Below are positions 16,650 to 25,659 of a stretch of DNA of 64,000 bases, piece after piece. This DNA is from Armatimonadota bacterium. Its GTDB lineage: Bacteria; Armatimonadota; UBA5829; DTJY01. The notes below the pieces were generated by a model that saw nothing but the letters and a program-made list of their open reading frames with translations, did no database searches and was not told the origin of the DNA. Position 1 is the first letter of the stretch, and each line of letters begins with the position of its first letter. Position numbers and translations under genes: made by a program. The DNA lies in assembly GCA_017993055.1 (NCBI GenBank), contig JAGONM010000002.1:68821-132820 (forward strand), read 5' to 3'.

Positions 16650-18188
16650 TCAACGCTCGTAGTCCGCATGCTCGAGGAGATCGGATCTCCCTCGAAGCTC
16701 CTTGATATCCTTCATGCCGAACCTGCTCAGTATGTCCACGAGTTGAGTGCGCCACGCGTTCAGCATGTTGATCAGCCGCTGCGTCGCCCACTCGAGCGTC
16801 ATCTTCTCGACCATCTCCGGGTTCGTGGATGCGATGCCTCGCGCGCATCCCTTGCCGCTCTCGCACCTGGCGCAGCGTATACATCCCAGTGCGACCATCT
16901 CCGGCGTGCCTATCACCACACCGTCCGCCCCGAGGGCGATCGCCTTCGCCAGGTCCCACGGCGTGCGCACCCCGCCTCCGACGATGAAGGCCACCTCGTC
17001 CCGGATGCCTTCCTCGACCAGGAAAGTGTGCACCTTGGAGATCGCGTATTCTATCGGCATGGCAATGTTTTTCTTTGCGATCTCTGGGGCAGCTCCCGTC
17101 CCGCCATAACTCCCGTCGAGGTGGATGATGTTTGCGCCTGCGTGATAGGAGCCGACGGCAACCATGTCCACGTCAACCGGGGTCGAGACCTTGCACGAGA
17201 CGAGCGCTCGCGGGTTGATGTGCTTTATCCAGTCCAGATGCTTCTTGTGGTCCTCGACGGAGTAGACGCTGTGGAAAGGGAACGGCGAGAAGAGCGGGGT
17301 CCCCGGCACTGCCTCGCGCATCAGGGCGACGGCGGGCGTATTCTTGTCGCCGAGCAGATGTCCGCCGAGGCCCGGCTTCGCTCCCTGCGCGTACTTGAAC
17401 TCGACAATCGGCGCCATACCGATCGTCTCCTCGCGCACGCCGAACAGGCCCGTCGCCACCTGGGTGATCATGTGCTCGCTGTACGGGAACAGCCGCTCGG
17501 GATAGCCTCCCTCGCCTGTACAACTGAACGTGTTCCATGCCATCGCCGCCCGGGCCTTGGCCAGCATGGTGATGGGGCTGACGGAGCCGAACGACATGCC
17601 GCCGCCGTAGACGGGGATGTCTATGGTGATCTCCGGCCTGCCGTCCTTGCGTTTGTTCAGTTCGATCGAGGTGTTGATCTCGGACGGGTCGGTACGCGGG
17701 CCGCTCTCGGGGAACAGGAACCGCATTCGGTCGAAGCCGCCCCCGGAATTGCCGAACTCCGCCTCCAGTTCTCCGTCGGGCACCTGCCCGGTCTCGGCCA
17801 TGTGCCAGTTGCAGAGTATCAGGTCGGCGGTCCACCGGTAGTCCCCGAGCGACTTGTAGATCGGGGTAGTCTCGATGCGGAGCGCCTTCTGAGGGCAGAT
17901 TACGACGCAGTACGTCCCGTTCGCCTTGCACTTCTCGGCGGTGCACAGATGATCCAACCCGCTGAGGAAGTCCACGTAGCCTTCTCGGCGCACGTGAACG
18001 CCGCGCGGGCAGACCTCGATGCACTTCCCGCACTTGATGCATGCCGCGCTCCGTTGGATGCGGTACTTGCTGAGGTTGTTCCGGAACCTGTCGGGCGCCG
18101 GACGGACCTCGCGCTTCGGGGGGTATTCCACCCCGAGATCCGCAACTTTCCCCGTATGTATCCTGCCTGGATCTATGGTCGAAGCCAT
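16650..18188 (-). CDS. archaeal-type glutamate synthase FMN/Fe-S subunit (GltB2-like) with N-terminal 2x[4Fe-4S] ferredoxin domain
   Basis: N-terminal CIKCGKCIEVCP ... CVVICP. FMN/synthase domain motifs GGGMSFGSVSPITMLA, IIHLDGSYGGTGAAPE, IVGGGVRTPWDLAKAIALGADGV, and a Cys cluster CIRCARCESGKGC. 512 aa. Confidence 0.8.
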   Translation of the reverse strand: MASTIDPGRIHTGKVADLGVEYPPKREVRPAPDRFRNNLSKYRIQRSAACIKCGKCIEVCPRGVHVRREGYVDFLSGLDHLCTAEKCKANGTYCVVICPQKALRIETTPIYKSLGDYRWTADLILCNWHMAETGQVPDGELEAEFGNSGGGFDRMRFLFPESGPRTDPSEINTSIELNKRKDGRPEITIDIPVYGGGMSFGSVSPITMLAKARAAMAWNTFSCTGEGGYPERLFPYSEHMITQVATGLFGVREETIGMAPIVEFKYAQGAKPGLGGHLLGDKNTPAVALMREAVPGTPLFSPFPFHSVYSVEDHKKHLDWIKHINPRALVSCKVSTPVDVDMVAVGSYHAGANIIHLDGSYGGTGAAPEIAKKNIAMPIEYAISKVHTFLVEEGIRDEVAFIVGGGVRTPWDLAKAIALGADGVVIGTPEMVALGCIRCARCESGKGCARGIASTNPEMVEKMTLEWATQRLINMLNAWRTQLVDILSRFGMKDIKELRGRSDLLEHADYER

Positions 18189-18200
18189 CTAAAACCCCTG

Positions 18201-19556
18201 TCAGATCTGAACTTTCCGTGTTCCGAAGATCGGGCCGAAGCAGTCCCGTTCCAGGTCCTCGAAGAACATCGCACGGCCGACTTCCCCGCGGAGCCGTCGA
18301 ACCTCGCGTATGCCCATCGCCCCCATCATCTCCAGCAACTGGCTGTGCCACGCACCGATCAGGTTCACGATCCTCTGAACGGCGTAGTCGTGATCAATGT
18401 CCGCCAGCCCGACCGGGCACTGGATACCTTCGGTGCAGTTCCTGCACACCCGGCACTCGAGGGCAATCATCAGCGGGATGTCAACTGCAACCGCATCGGC
18501 GCCGCAGATTATCGTTTTTGCCACATGTTCGGCGAGCGCGATCCCACCACTGGAGACGATCGTAACGGCATCCCGGTTTCCACGTTCGACGAAAGCCTGG
18601 TGGAGCGCCTGCACGGCCCTTGTGATGTGAGTTCCGTCGGTTGCGTTCCCGTGCCAGTCGGCACAGGAGTGGATCGCATCTACGCCTTGTTCCGTGAGTT
18701 CGAGTGCCCGTGCGATCGAGTCGGCACCGAGCGGTAGACGCACCATGGCGACCAGATCACCGTTGGCCTCTCTTGCCTGTCGGACCTGTCGGACCACGTC
18801 GGACGAGTCGGACCATTCCACGAGTGGCGCGCCCGAAGGGATGGCGCCGTCTCTCACGTGCGGTGCGGCCGCATCGTGATCCATCTGCGTATCGGTTACT
18901 GCCCGTGTTCCCAGCGCCTCGGCGGCGTCGAGCATCGCTCTCGTCACCTGCTCCGACGGGGTGTGCCAGGGCAGGAGGTCGAAAAGGATCGGAATCGGCA
19001 CGTCAATCTGTGTCGGATACGGCTCAGCAAGCGAACCATCGGGGTTGAACGAGAGCGACGGGAGTTTCCTGCCGATCTCGACCTGCGTGCTGATGTACTC
19101 CCTGCCGTGGATTCCGTCGCGCGTCGGGCGGACGATTTCCGACATGTCGGTCAGGATCGCGTCGAACCCCGGGCCCATGAACGGGCCGGCGTAACCTGCG
19201 CCCGACACGGGTATCCTGCCGGTCTCTGCCTGGAACCAGGTGCCGGATATGATGTCCGGCGTCCAGACCCCGTCGCCAAGCCCCTCGAACTCCGGGTTGA
19301 CCTCCTGGGTCAGCAGGCCTTTTGTGCAGGATTGCACGCAGCAGAGGCATCCCTTGCACTCGTAGAGGTAGTCAACGTAGTCGCTTGCGCCCTGAAGCCT
19401 GTCGCGCTCACCGTCGTATACGCTGTAAGCGCACTCCCGCTTCACGCAGTTGTGGCAGGCGGAGCAGTCCTCTCTCCAGTCAACTATCCCGTATTTGCCG
19501 ATCACCTTGTGTTTCGGCGGCGCCTGCGCAGTGTGGATATGGTACTTGGCCGGCAT
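18201..19556 (-). CDS. divergent GltB2-like paralog (ferredoxin + glutamate-synthase-like TIM barrel with degenerate FMN/active-site motifs)
   Basis: Same architecture as 16650-18188 (N-terminal CSACHNCVKREC ... CKGCLCCVQSC, C-terminal CRVCRNCTEGIQC, SSGGIALAEHVAKTIICGADAV). The GGGMSFG and DGxxGGTG motifs are not recognisable. Confidence 0.55.
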   Translation of the reverse strand: MPAKYHIHTAQAPPKHKVIGKYGIVDWREDCSACHNCVKRECAYSVYDGERDRLQGASDYVDYLYECKGCLCCVQSCTKGLLTQEVNPEFEGLGDGVWTPDIISGTWFQAETGRIPVSGAGYAGPFMGPGFDAILTDMSEIVRPTRDGIHGREYISTQVEIGRKLPSLSFNPDGSLAEPYPTQIDVPIPILFDLLPWHTPSEQVTRAMLDAAEALGTRAVTDTQMDHDAAAPHVRDGAIPSGAPLVEWSDSSDVVRQVRQAREANGDLVAMVRLPLGADSIARALELTEQGVDAIHSCADWHGNATDGTHITRAVQALHQAFVERGNRDAVTIVSSGGIALAEHVAKTIICGADAVAVDIPLMIALECRVCRNCTEGIQCPVGLADIDHDYAVQRIVNLIGAWHSQLLEMMGAMGIREVRRLRGEVGRAMFFEDLERDCFGPIFGTRKVQI

Positions 19557-19557
19557 G

Positions 19558-20406
19558 CTACTTCAGACCCTTCAGAACTTCAAGGGCGAGTGTGGGATTT
19601 CCGCCGATCACGTGGATGCCGCGGACGCCTTCGATGCCCTTGAGGAAGGCGGCCGTCTTCGCGGCCGAATCGGCCCCGACCGCCGAGGTATCCGGTATGT
19701 CGAGCCCCCGGAATTTCGCGACCATTGCCGACGCCTCCTCCGCAGACTCCAGCGGCATGACGGAAGCGATCACGCACATCTTCTCATGGATGCCGCGCGC
19801 TCTGACGAGGCCCATCCACTCCTCGAAGCGATTGGTGTTGAATACGGGTTGGGTGATGACGAAATCGGCTCCGAGAGCTGCCGCCCTGTCGAGTGTGATG
19901 ACCTGCAGATCAAGCGGGTCCGAGAACGGGTTGGTCTCCACCCCGAGCAGCATCTCGACCGGAGCATCCAGGGGTTCACCGTCGGAGAGTCTTCCGCCCC
20001 TTCTCATGGTGTCGGCCACTTGAACGAGCTGCAGGGGGTCTATGTCGTAGACTCCTCTTGCGTCGCCGGCCGATGTCAAAGTCTGATGCTTGCCTGCGAG
20101 GCAGAGGATGTTGCGTATGCCCATCGAGGCCGCCCCCAGCAAGGTTGACTGGAGGGCGATCCGGTTGAGGTCGCGTGTCAGGATGTGTAGGATCGGCTCG
20201 GCTCCCGCTTCCAGGACATGCCCGCATGCGGCGAGGCTGCTCATGCGGGGGCCGTCCTCGCTCTCGATGACGTTGACTGCGTCCACGAGAGCGTTGAGCC
20301 GGGTCGCGCACTCCTTGATTCCGGCCGCGTCCGCGCCTCTCGGCGGGTGGCACTCGCCCGTGACTACGAACTTACCGCCCTTTACTGCCTGCGCCAGATC
20401 ACTCAT
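19558..20406 (-). CDS. metF: 5,10-methylenetetrahydrofolate reductase catalytic subunit (acetogen/MetF-type)
   Basis: About 280 aa TIM barrel with FVVTGECHPP, LLGVETNPF, DFVITQPVFNTNRFEEW motifs typical of MTHFR. 2-nt gap to the upstream gene. Confidence 0.8.
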   Translation of the reverse strand: MSDLAQAVKGGKFVVTGECHPPRGADAAGIKECATRLNALVDAVNVIESEDGPRMSSLAACGHVLEAGAEPILHILTRDLNRIALQSTLLGAASMGIRNILCLAGKHQTLTSAGDARGVYDIDPLQLVQVADTMRRGGRLSDGEPLDAPVEMLLGVETNPFSDPLDLQVITLDRAAALGADFVITQPVFNTNRFEEWMGLVRARGIHEKMCVIASVMPLESAEEASAMVAKFRGLDIPDTSAVGADSAAKTAAFLKGIEGVRGIHVIGGNPTLALEVLKGLK

Positions 20407-20798
20407 TCAGTCACCTCGTCTGCGAAACGCGTCATCTCATCAACCGCCGAGTCGAAACTGCGCGGCTCCATACTGCCCGGCTGGAACATCCGGACGCAGT
20501 CGGGACCCAGGCCCGATTCTGTAAGATACTCGCGTGCGGTCTCCATGCGCTTGCCGGCCCTCAAATTCCCCTCCAGCAACCTGCACTCGCCTTCGGGGCA
20601 GGCGAGCAGGCATACCTTGGAAGCGCCGCCCTCGAATGCCTTCAGGATGTAGCGGGGGTCAATCCGCCCGCTACACGGCACCGGTTCGATCGCGACGTCG
20701 GGCCGATGTCCCAGCTTCGCCAGCGAATCCGGGACCCGTCCGTTCGGAACGGAGTTGCGGCAGTAGTACACGCGGACAGCTATTCGGTCTCCCTGCAT
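20403..20798 (-). CDS. mvhD: second MvhD/FlpD-like [2Fe-2S] subunit, first gene of the operon
   Basis: RIAVRVYYCRNSVPNG ... PCSGRIDPRYILKAFEGGASKVCLLACPEGECRL is FlpD/MvhD-like. Start set to the in-frame ATG at 20798, because the track start at 20840 is GTG on the printed sequence. Stop overlaps the metF start (ATGA). Confidence 0.7.
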   Translation of the reverse strand: MQGDRIAVRVYYCRNSVPNGRVPDSLAKLGHRPDVAIEPVPCSGRIDPRYILKAFEGGASKVCLLACPEGECRLLEGNLRAGKRMETAREYLTESGLGPDCVRMFQPGSMEPRSFDSAVDEMTRFADEVTE

Positions 20799-20831
20799 AT
20801 TCGGTGTCCCCGTCTCCCAGACAATGCAAAG

Positions 20832-20871
20832 CCCACCCACAATCCACCTGTCCCGGTGGTACTATGGGTGG
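20832..20871 (-). promoter_or_regulatory. structured 5' leader of the operon (nested hairpins CCCACCCA...TGGGTGG / CCACC...GGTGG)
   Basis: Nested inverted repeats read directly. They lie between the predicted promoter (about 20960-20988) and the mvhD2 ATG (20798). Confidence 0.35.
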
Positions 20872-20959
20872 ACTCCCAATCGTCCTTCCTGGGCAAGACT
20901 GCGGTGAATCACTCAGGCCAGATCACGCACGCGGCCGCCGTCGGCCACGCTGCAGAGAC

Positions 20960-20988
20960 AGTATACGCTACACTGGAGCGGATGTCAA
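20960..20988 (-). promoter_or_regulatory. sigma70-like promoter of the hdr/glt/met operon (TTGACA-17 nt-TATACT on - strand)
   Basis: Reverse complement of 20983-20988 is TTGACA. Reverse complement of 20960-20965 is TATACT. Spacer is 17 nt. Located about 160-190 nt upstream of the first ATG, in a 180-nt gene-free gap. Confidence 0.45.
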
Positions 20989-21020
20989 CTGCTGAGGCAC
21001 GCTCGAGGAGTCCGGGCCGC

Positions 21021-21446
21021 CTACGGCGACTTGGCGAAGTAGTACCCTGCGTCTTCATAGATGAGAATGGTGACGACCCCGTACCTGTAGACCACCGGTC
21101 TGTGCCAGTTCGTGCGCTTGGGCTTGGGCAGTAGGCGGTTTCCCCAGAAATCGAGCGTCTGCATGTAGTCGTTCAGGCAGGTCGCCGGATGGCCGGAACT
21201 GCGGTCGACCGACCATTGCCCCGTATGCTTCCAGGGCTTTCCCGTCTTTGGCGTAAACGTCTGCTCGTACGTGCCGTTGGCCCCCAGCACAAGCTTCTCC
21301 GTCGCCAGCACGGTCCCGCTGTACGGCGAGTAGGTCACAGTGTAAGTTCCTGGCATGGCGCTGTCCGGCACTTTTGGATCAATGCCGCAGCCGATGATGA
21401 GCATGAGCAGAATCAACATCGAAACCGACTGCATGTACCTCCGCAT
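21021..21446 (-). CDS. hypothetical lipoprotein
   Basis: Signal peptide + lipobox (MLILLMLIIGCG). No recognisable domain. 22-nt gap after GH116, so likely co-transcribed with it. Confidence 0.5.
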   Translation of the reverse strand: MRRYMQSVSMLILLMLIIGCGIDPKVPDSAMPGTYTVTYSPYSGTVLATEKLVLGANGTYEQTFTPKTGKPWKHTGQWSVDRSSGHPATCLNDYMQTLDFWGNRLLPKPKRTNWHRPVVYRYGVVTILIYEDAGYYFAKSP

Positions 21447-21467
21447 GACGATGCCTCCTTGAGAGGA

Positions 21468-24170
21468 CTATGTCTCTGCGATCTCCATCGCATCTCCGGC
21501 AGAGAGAGTCAGCGGCCTGTCGAAAACTACCGATCGCCCCTCGATACGTGCCTCGACCGATCCCGACGGTACGGTTATCTTGAGATCGCCGTCCGGTAGG
21601 TCGGACAGGTCCAGTTGCCTGATCACTTGTTTCCCGTAGAGCACTTCGAAGCGGAACGCCGCGTCCCCGAGGTTCTGGGAGTAGGTGCCCCATCCGGTTC
21701 CGGTCGACCAGAAGGTCTGATACTCCTGCGGACTTAGCTTGGGCGAGAATCCGATCCGTCCTTGAGGCAGATCGAAGGTGAAACCGTCGAGCGCGAGCTT
21801 CACCGACCACGAGGCCATCGCGCGGGCGTAGTGATGACCGCACTCGACCTCGTTCCAGGGATTCCGGTTGTCCCCTCGATACCGCTCCGTCACGCCCTTG
21901 ACGATCGCGAGTCCCTCCTCGATCAGACCCTCATAGATCAAGTGAGCCGCGACGTGGAACTCGATCCCCGTCCATACCTCGTCCGAGTAGACGAAGGGCA
22001 GGGTGGGGCGGTTTCCGTGCGGCCATGAGCAGAGGAGCAGGCCCGGCTCATCGTTCAGCGCGTAAACGCGCTGGACGTTGCTGAATTGGCCTACCCTCTG
22101 CAGAAAGTTGTACTTGAAGACAGATTCCACGGCGGTCCGAACGCGCTCCGGGTCGAGGATGTAGCCGATTCCTGCCACATGGGATGCCCACTGGCCGAGG
22201 AGCTGGTCGGAGAGGCATCCCGCGCCGTACTGGTACTTCGGGCAGGCGTCGCCATCAGACAGCGCCGCGGCTCTGCCACCGGGCGACTTCTTGCACTCGC
22301 ACTCCGGCCCGCATGCTTCCGCGGGGCTCTTGAGGAAGTCGGGGACCTCCACTCCATCGATTACCTCCACCCTCTGGATGTAGTACTCACCGTTCCATAG
22401 GTCGCCCTCGACCCTGTACCGGCCGCTCTCGTAGATTGTGAGGTACTCCTGGGCCTTGTCGTCTTCGCCCAGGTAGAGGGCGATCTCCGAGCAGGCCCTC
22501 AGTGCCCCGAGGTACATCGCCGTGCACATCGTGTTCGGGCCGTAGAACTCGATGTCGTAAGTGTTGTGCTGCTCGCCCTCCATGACGCCGTCCTTGTTCG
22601 GGTCCCAGGGCGAGTCCATGCTCCGTCCGCGGCTTCTGTCGGATGGCGGGGCCATCTTGTCGGGGGTCATCGTCCAGGCGTATTCGAGCGCGAGCTTGAC
22701 CTTCGGCCAGATCTCCTTGAGGAACTTGTCATCGCCGGAGAGCTTCCAGTCGCGGTGGACCTGGATGATAGCGCCCATCTGACCGTCGGCGCACGGCTTG
22801 AAGTCCCAGAGCCCCGATCCCGGCGGGAGTTGACTCCGGAACGCCATGTTGCCCGTGTCGCGCGTATTGCGCAGGAACTCGGTCCGGCGCATGGTGCGCT
22901 CGAGCTCCGGGAAGAGGAACGCCACCGCTTGCTCGTAATTCCATACATGTGTGCAGTTCCCGTGGCAGCAGCCGCCGGCATCGTGGCAGCCCTCCCAGCC
23001 GAAGAAGTTTCCGTCGGCCAGCAGGAAGCAGGTCGGGGAGCGCATGATGCTCGCCTGGCTCGTGATCGCCTCCAGGACGTAGCCGGGCATCGTGCTCGAG
23101 AAGATGGTATTCCTCCAGCGGCCGGTTTCCTCGCGCAAACGGTCGAGGTTCTTCGTCACGTATTGGGCCACTGACCATGCACTCTCGAAGTGGGAGATAT
23201 ACGTGTCGAGCGGCTCGGGATCGGTGACACCCGCGGGAGGCCACGGGTTTGCCATCTTGGGGAAGTGCCAGGTGATGAAGACGGGAATCGTAACCGATCC
23301 GCCCGCCGGGATCGTCGCGCGCATGGCGAGCGACGCGATGTCGGGCGCACCTGATGCCGGCTCCGTGTCCAGTACCGGCTTCAGTCGGCCGTCGGAGGCG
23401 AAGTCGTCCCAAAAGATGTGGCATTTGTCCCACCATCCGCCGCGGTACCAGCGGGTCTGGACGTCGGGATCCTTCCACGTTGTAGTCAGCGCCAGAGTGC
23501 CGGAGATCGGTTGCGCGGGATCGGCATCGGGATGCGAGAAGTAGATGCCCTTCATCCTGCCGACCGCCTGATAGGCGTTGGTCGCCCCGTTGCCGATGGG
23601 ATTCTTGTTCTCGTCGAGCTTTGTGACCGGATTCTGCATCGAGGCCGCGAGTGAAATCTCGACCGGTTTGTCGGACGGATTGGTGAATGTCCACTCGTAG
23701 ATCCCGACCGGCAGCGCGCTGTCCTTCACATTGAGCGGGATGAACGGGTTCCACGCGGTCAGCTTGGCGGTCACCGGCATCTCGGGGTCGGAAAGCTCGA
23801 CAGTCGCGACCGGATACTCACCCTTGAACGATGCCGTCTCGAAGCGCGCGACTCCCTGAAGCTGGTTCTGCGGCTCGCCGAACCCGCTGCGGTAGGGTGG
23901 GGGCACCTTGCCCTCGAGGATCTTTGCCACCGGTTCGCCGCCCTCGGACTTGGCCCACAGGGCGAAGAACGTGAACGGGATGATATTCCCCTTCGCGGGC
24001 CTATTGAATATCTCGAAGTCGCGAAGGTTGCCCCGTCCCCCGAGGCTGATCGTCCCAGTGCCGATCCCTCCGATCGGGAACGCGATCTCGGTGAGCTGCC
24101 TCCCCCTGAAGGTTCTCTGTGGCCCGGAAGCCATCAGTTCCTTGCGCGTGTATGTGACGGACTTAGGCAT
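21468..24170 (-). CDS. glycoside hydrolase family 116-like (GBA2-type beta-glucosidase/glucosylceramidase)
   Basis: N-terminal IAFPIGGIGTGTISLGGRGNLRDFEIFN is typical of the GH116 N-terminal domain. The large C-terminal (alpha/alpha)6 catalytic region follows. 900 aa. Confidence 0.7.
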   Translation of the reverse strand: MPKSVTYTRKELMASGPQRTFRGRQLTEIAFPIGGIGTGTISLGGRGNLRDFEIFNRPAKGNIIPFTFFALWAKSEGGEPVAKILEGKVPPPYRSGFGEPQNQLQGVARFETASFKGEYPVATVELSDPEMPVTAKLTAWNPFIPLNVKDSALPVGIYEWTFTNPSDKPVEISLAASMQNPVTKLDENKNPIGNGATNAYQAVGRMKGIYFSHPDADPAQPISGTLALTTTWKDPDVQTRWYRGGWWDKCHIFWDDFASDGRLKPVLDTEPASGAPDIASLAMRATIPAGGSVTIPVFITWHFPKMANPWPPAGVTDPEPLDTYISHFESAWSVAQYVTKNLDRLREETGRWRNTIFSSTMPGYVLEAITSQASIMRSPTCFLLADGNFFGWEGCHDAGGCCHGNCTHVWNYEQAVAFLFPELERTMRRTEFLRNTRDTGNMAFRSQLPPGSGLWDFKPCADGQMGAIIQVHRDWKLSGDDKFLKEIWPKVKLALEYAWTMTPDKMAPPSDRSRGRSMDSPWDPNKDGVMEGEQHNTYDIEFYGPNTMCTAMYLGALRACSEIALYLGEDDKAQEYLTIYESGRYRVEGDLWNGEYYIQRVEVIDGVEVPDFLKSPAEACGPECECKKSPGGRAAALSDGDACPKYQYGAGCLSDQLLGQWASHVAGIGYILDPERVRTAVESVFKYNFLQRVGQFSNVQRVYALNDEPGLLLCSWPHGNRPTLPFVYSDEVWTGIEFHVAAHLIYEGLIEEGLAIVKGVTERYRGDNRNPWNEVECGHHYARAMASWSVKLALDGFTFDLPQGRIGFSPKLSPQEYQTFWSTGTGWGTYSQNLGDAAFRFEVLYGKQVIRQLDLSDLPDGDLKITVPSGSVEARIEGRSVVFDRPLTLSAGDAMEIAET

Positions 24171-24372
24171 GGTACTCCTGCTCCTTCTCTACAAAAGTTC
24201 GGGCGAGAGTTTCACTCCCGCCCATGATACCGGTGTTCGCCCCAGCCCCAGGAGACTGAAGTCACGGCCACAAAGGCGCGAAGTCCGCCTCCGTGGAGTG
24301 GGTGCTTCAGTATCCGCAGGGACAATTCGTGCAGTTGTTGCCCCGGTTTCAACCGCCCGGATGATTTCGAGG

Positions 24373-25425
24373 CTACACTCCCTTACGCAGCTTGATGTAA
24401 TGCCGCGCCACCTTCAGATCTTCGAGCGCCTCGGGCGCGTCGCAGAGTGGCTTCATCTCACCCTTGACCGCCGCCACGAAGTTCATGGCCTGCTGCCTCA
24501 TCGCGTGGACCCACGGGAGCATCGGAACGATCGTCTCCGGAGTCGCGCCGCCTCCCGGGTCGCGCATGATCTCGACCGTTCCGGCGCGGTTTGAAGCCAG
24601 TGGAGCGGGGAGCGTGAGCTTGATGTAGCCGTTCTCGAACGCGATCAGCGCGGATTCCTGCCAGTCTACCGTAGTGCGGTACGGGGTCATCTCGATCACG
24701 CCGGTGACGCCGCTCTCGCTCTGGGCCGCGAGCATCACGCCGGTCGGATCGGCATAGGTGACCTGATACCGCTCGCCGAGCAGGTGGGCCATCAGGTTCA
24801 CCTGGTGGATGTAGTAGTTCACGAACGCGATGTAGGCCTTGTAGGTCTCATCGTCCATGTCGTCGGCGGGCGGATCGAACTCCAGCGGCGGGACCGGCTC
24901 GTTGATGCCTATGTGGCCGAGGAAGCCGTTGGCCACCCAGTCTCCGGCGGGCATCAGGATGCGGACGTATTTCAGCTTGCCAAGTTCGCCGGACGCCTTC
25001 AGACGGTCGATCTCAGCCTTGGCGTACATCGTGGCCGGATCGCTTCTCTTGTGGTAGCCGACCATGTGCCATGTCTTCCCGGCCTTGAGCGCCTTGATGA
25101 TCTTCTCGCCGGCCTCGATCGAGCCCGCGAGCGGCTTCTCCGTGAAGATCGGGATGCCAGCCTTCGCCAGATCGGAGATCAGCACTCCATGCCGCGTGAA
25201 CGGCTGGGACGCCACGATGCCGTCGAGCTTCTCGTTCGCCAGCATCTCCTCATGGTTCTTGTAGACCTTCGGGATGCCGTATCGTTCGCCGACCAGCTTC
25301 CCCTGCTGCTCTTTGACCTCCGCGATCGCGACGACCTCGCATTCCGGGACCGTCACGTAGTTCCTGAGATGAGCGCACTGGCCCATCCCGCCGACGCCGA
25401 CAAAACCTATCCGTACCTTGTCCAT
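24373..25425 (-). CDS. Gfo/Idh/MocA-family oxidoreductase (cytoplasmic)
   Basis: MDKVRIGFVGVGGMGQCAHLRNY Rossmann start, EKPLA motif. 350 aa. Confidence 0.8.
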   Translation of the reverse strand: MDKVRIGFVGVGGMGQCAHLRNYVTVPECEVVAIAEVKEQQGKLVGERYGIPKVYKNHEEMLANEKLDGIVASQPFTRHGVLISDLAKAGIPIFTEKPLAGSIEAGEKIIKALKAGKTWHMVGYHKRSDPATMYAKAEIDRLKASGELGKLKYVRILMPAGDWVANGFLGHIGINEPVPPLEFDPPADDMDDETYKAYIAFVNYYIHQVNLMAHLLGERYQVTYADPTGVMLAAQSESGVTGVIEMTPYRTTVDWQESALIAFENGYIKLTLPAPLASNRAGTVEIMRDPGGGATPETIVPMLPWVHAMRQQAMNFVAAVKGEMKPLCDAPEALEDLKVARHYIKLRKGV

Positions 25426-25513
25426 GTGTCATCTCCGTTCAAATGGAATCAAGGTTTACCTTTCGACTGCCTGCCTGTAAATCCTCCCGCCGAATTCGTC
25501 GGAAAACAAGTGC

Positions 25514-25541
25514 TTGACAGCGCCGGAATAAGTGATAGAAT
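25514..25541 (+). promoter_or_regulatory. sigma70-like promoter TTGACA-16 nt-TAGAAT driving the serine-hydrolase/XRE module
   Basis: TTGACA at 25514-25519 and TAGAAT at 25536-25541, in a locally AT-richer 235-nt intergenic region. An AGGAGA RBS precedes the ATG at 25660. Confidence 0.5.
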
Positions 25542-25659
25542 TCTAACATGATGTGGCAAATACATCACTCACCTGCTGACCTTTGCTTTGAGCTTCATCT
25601 ACTTCTCGTTTCGAGGGCTCAGGCAGTGAGGACTCACTGGTCGGGATAGGAGAACACTG

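Noticed and set aside
16557-18737. 726-aa + strand ORF spanning the GltB2-like genes
   Set aside because: Antisense to two genes with clear glutamate-synthase motifs. Composition biased (R, G, A, P).
20799-20840. Track start of mvhD2 at 20840
   Set aside because: On the printed sequence that codon reads GTG and the extension (MGGLCIVWETGTPN) is not MvhD-like. The in-frame ATG at 20798 gives an N-terminus resembling other MvhD proteins.
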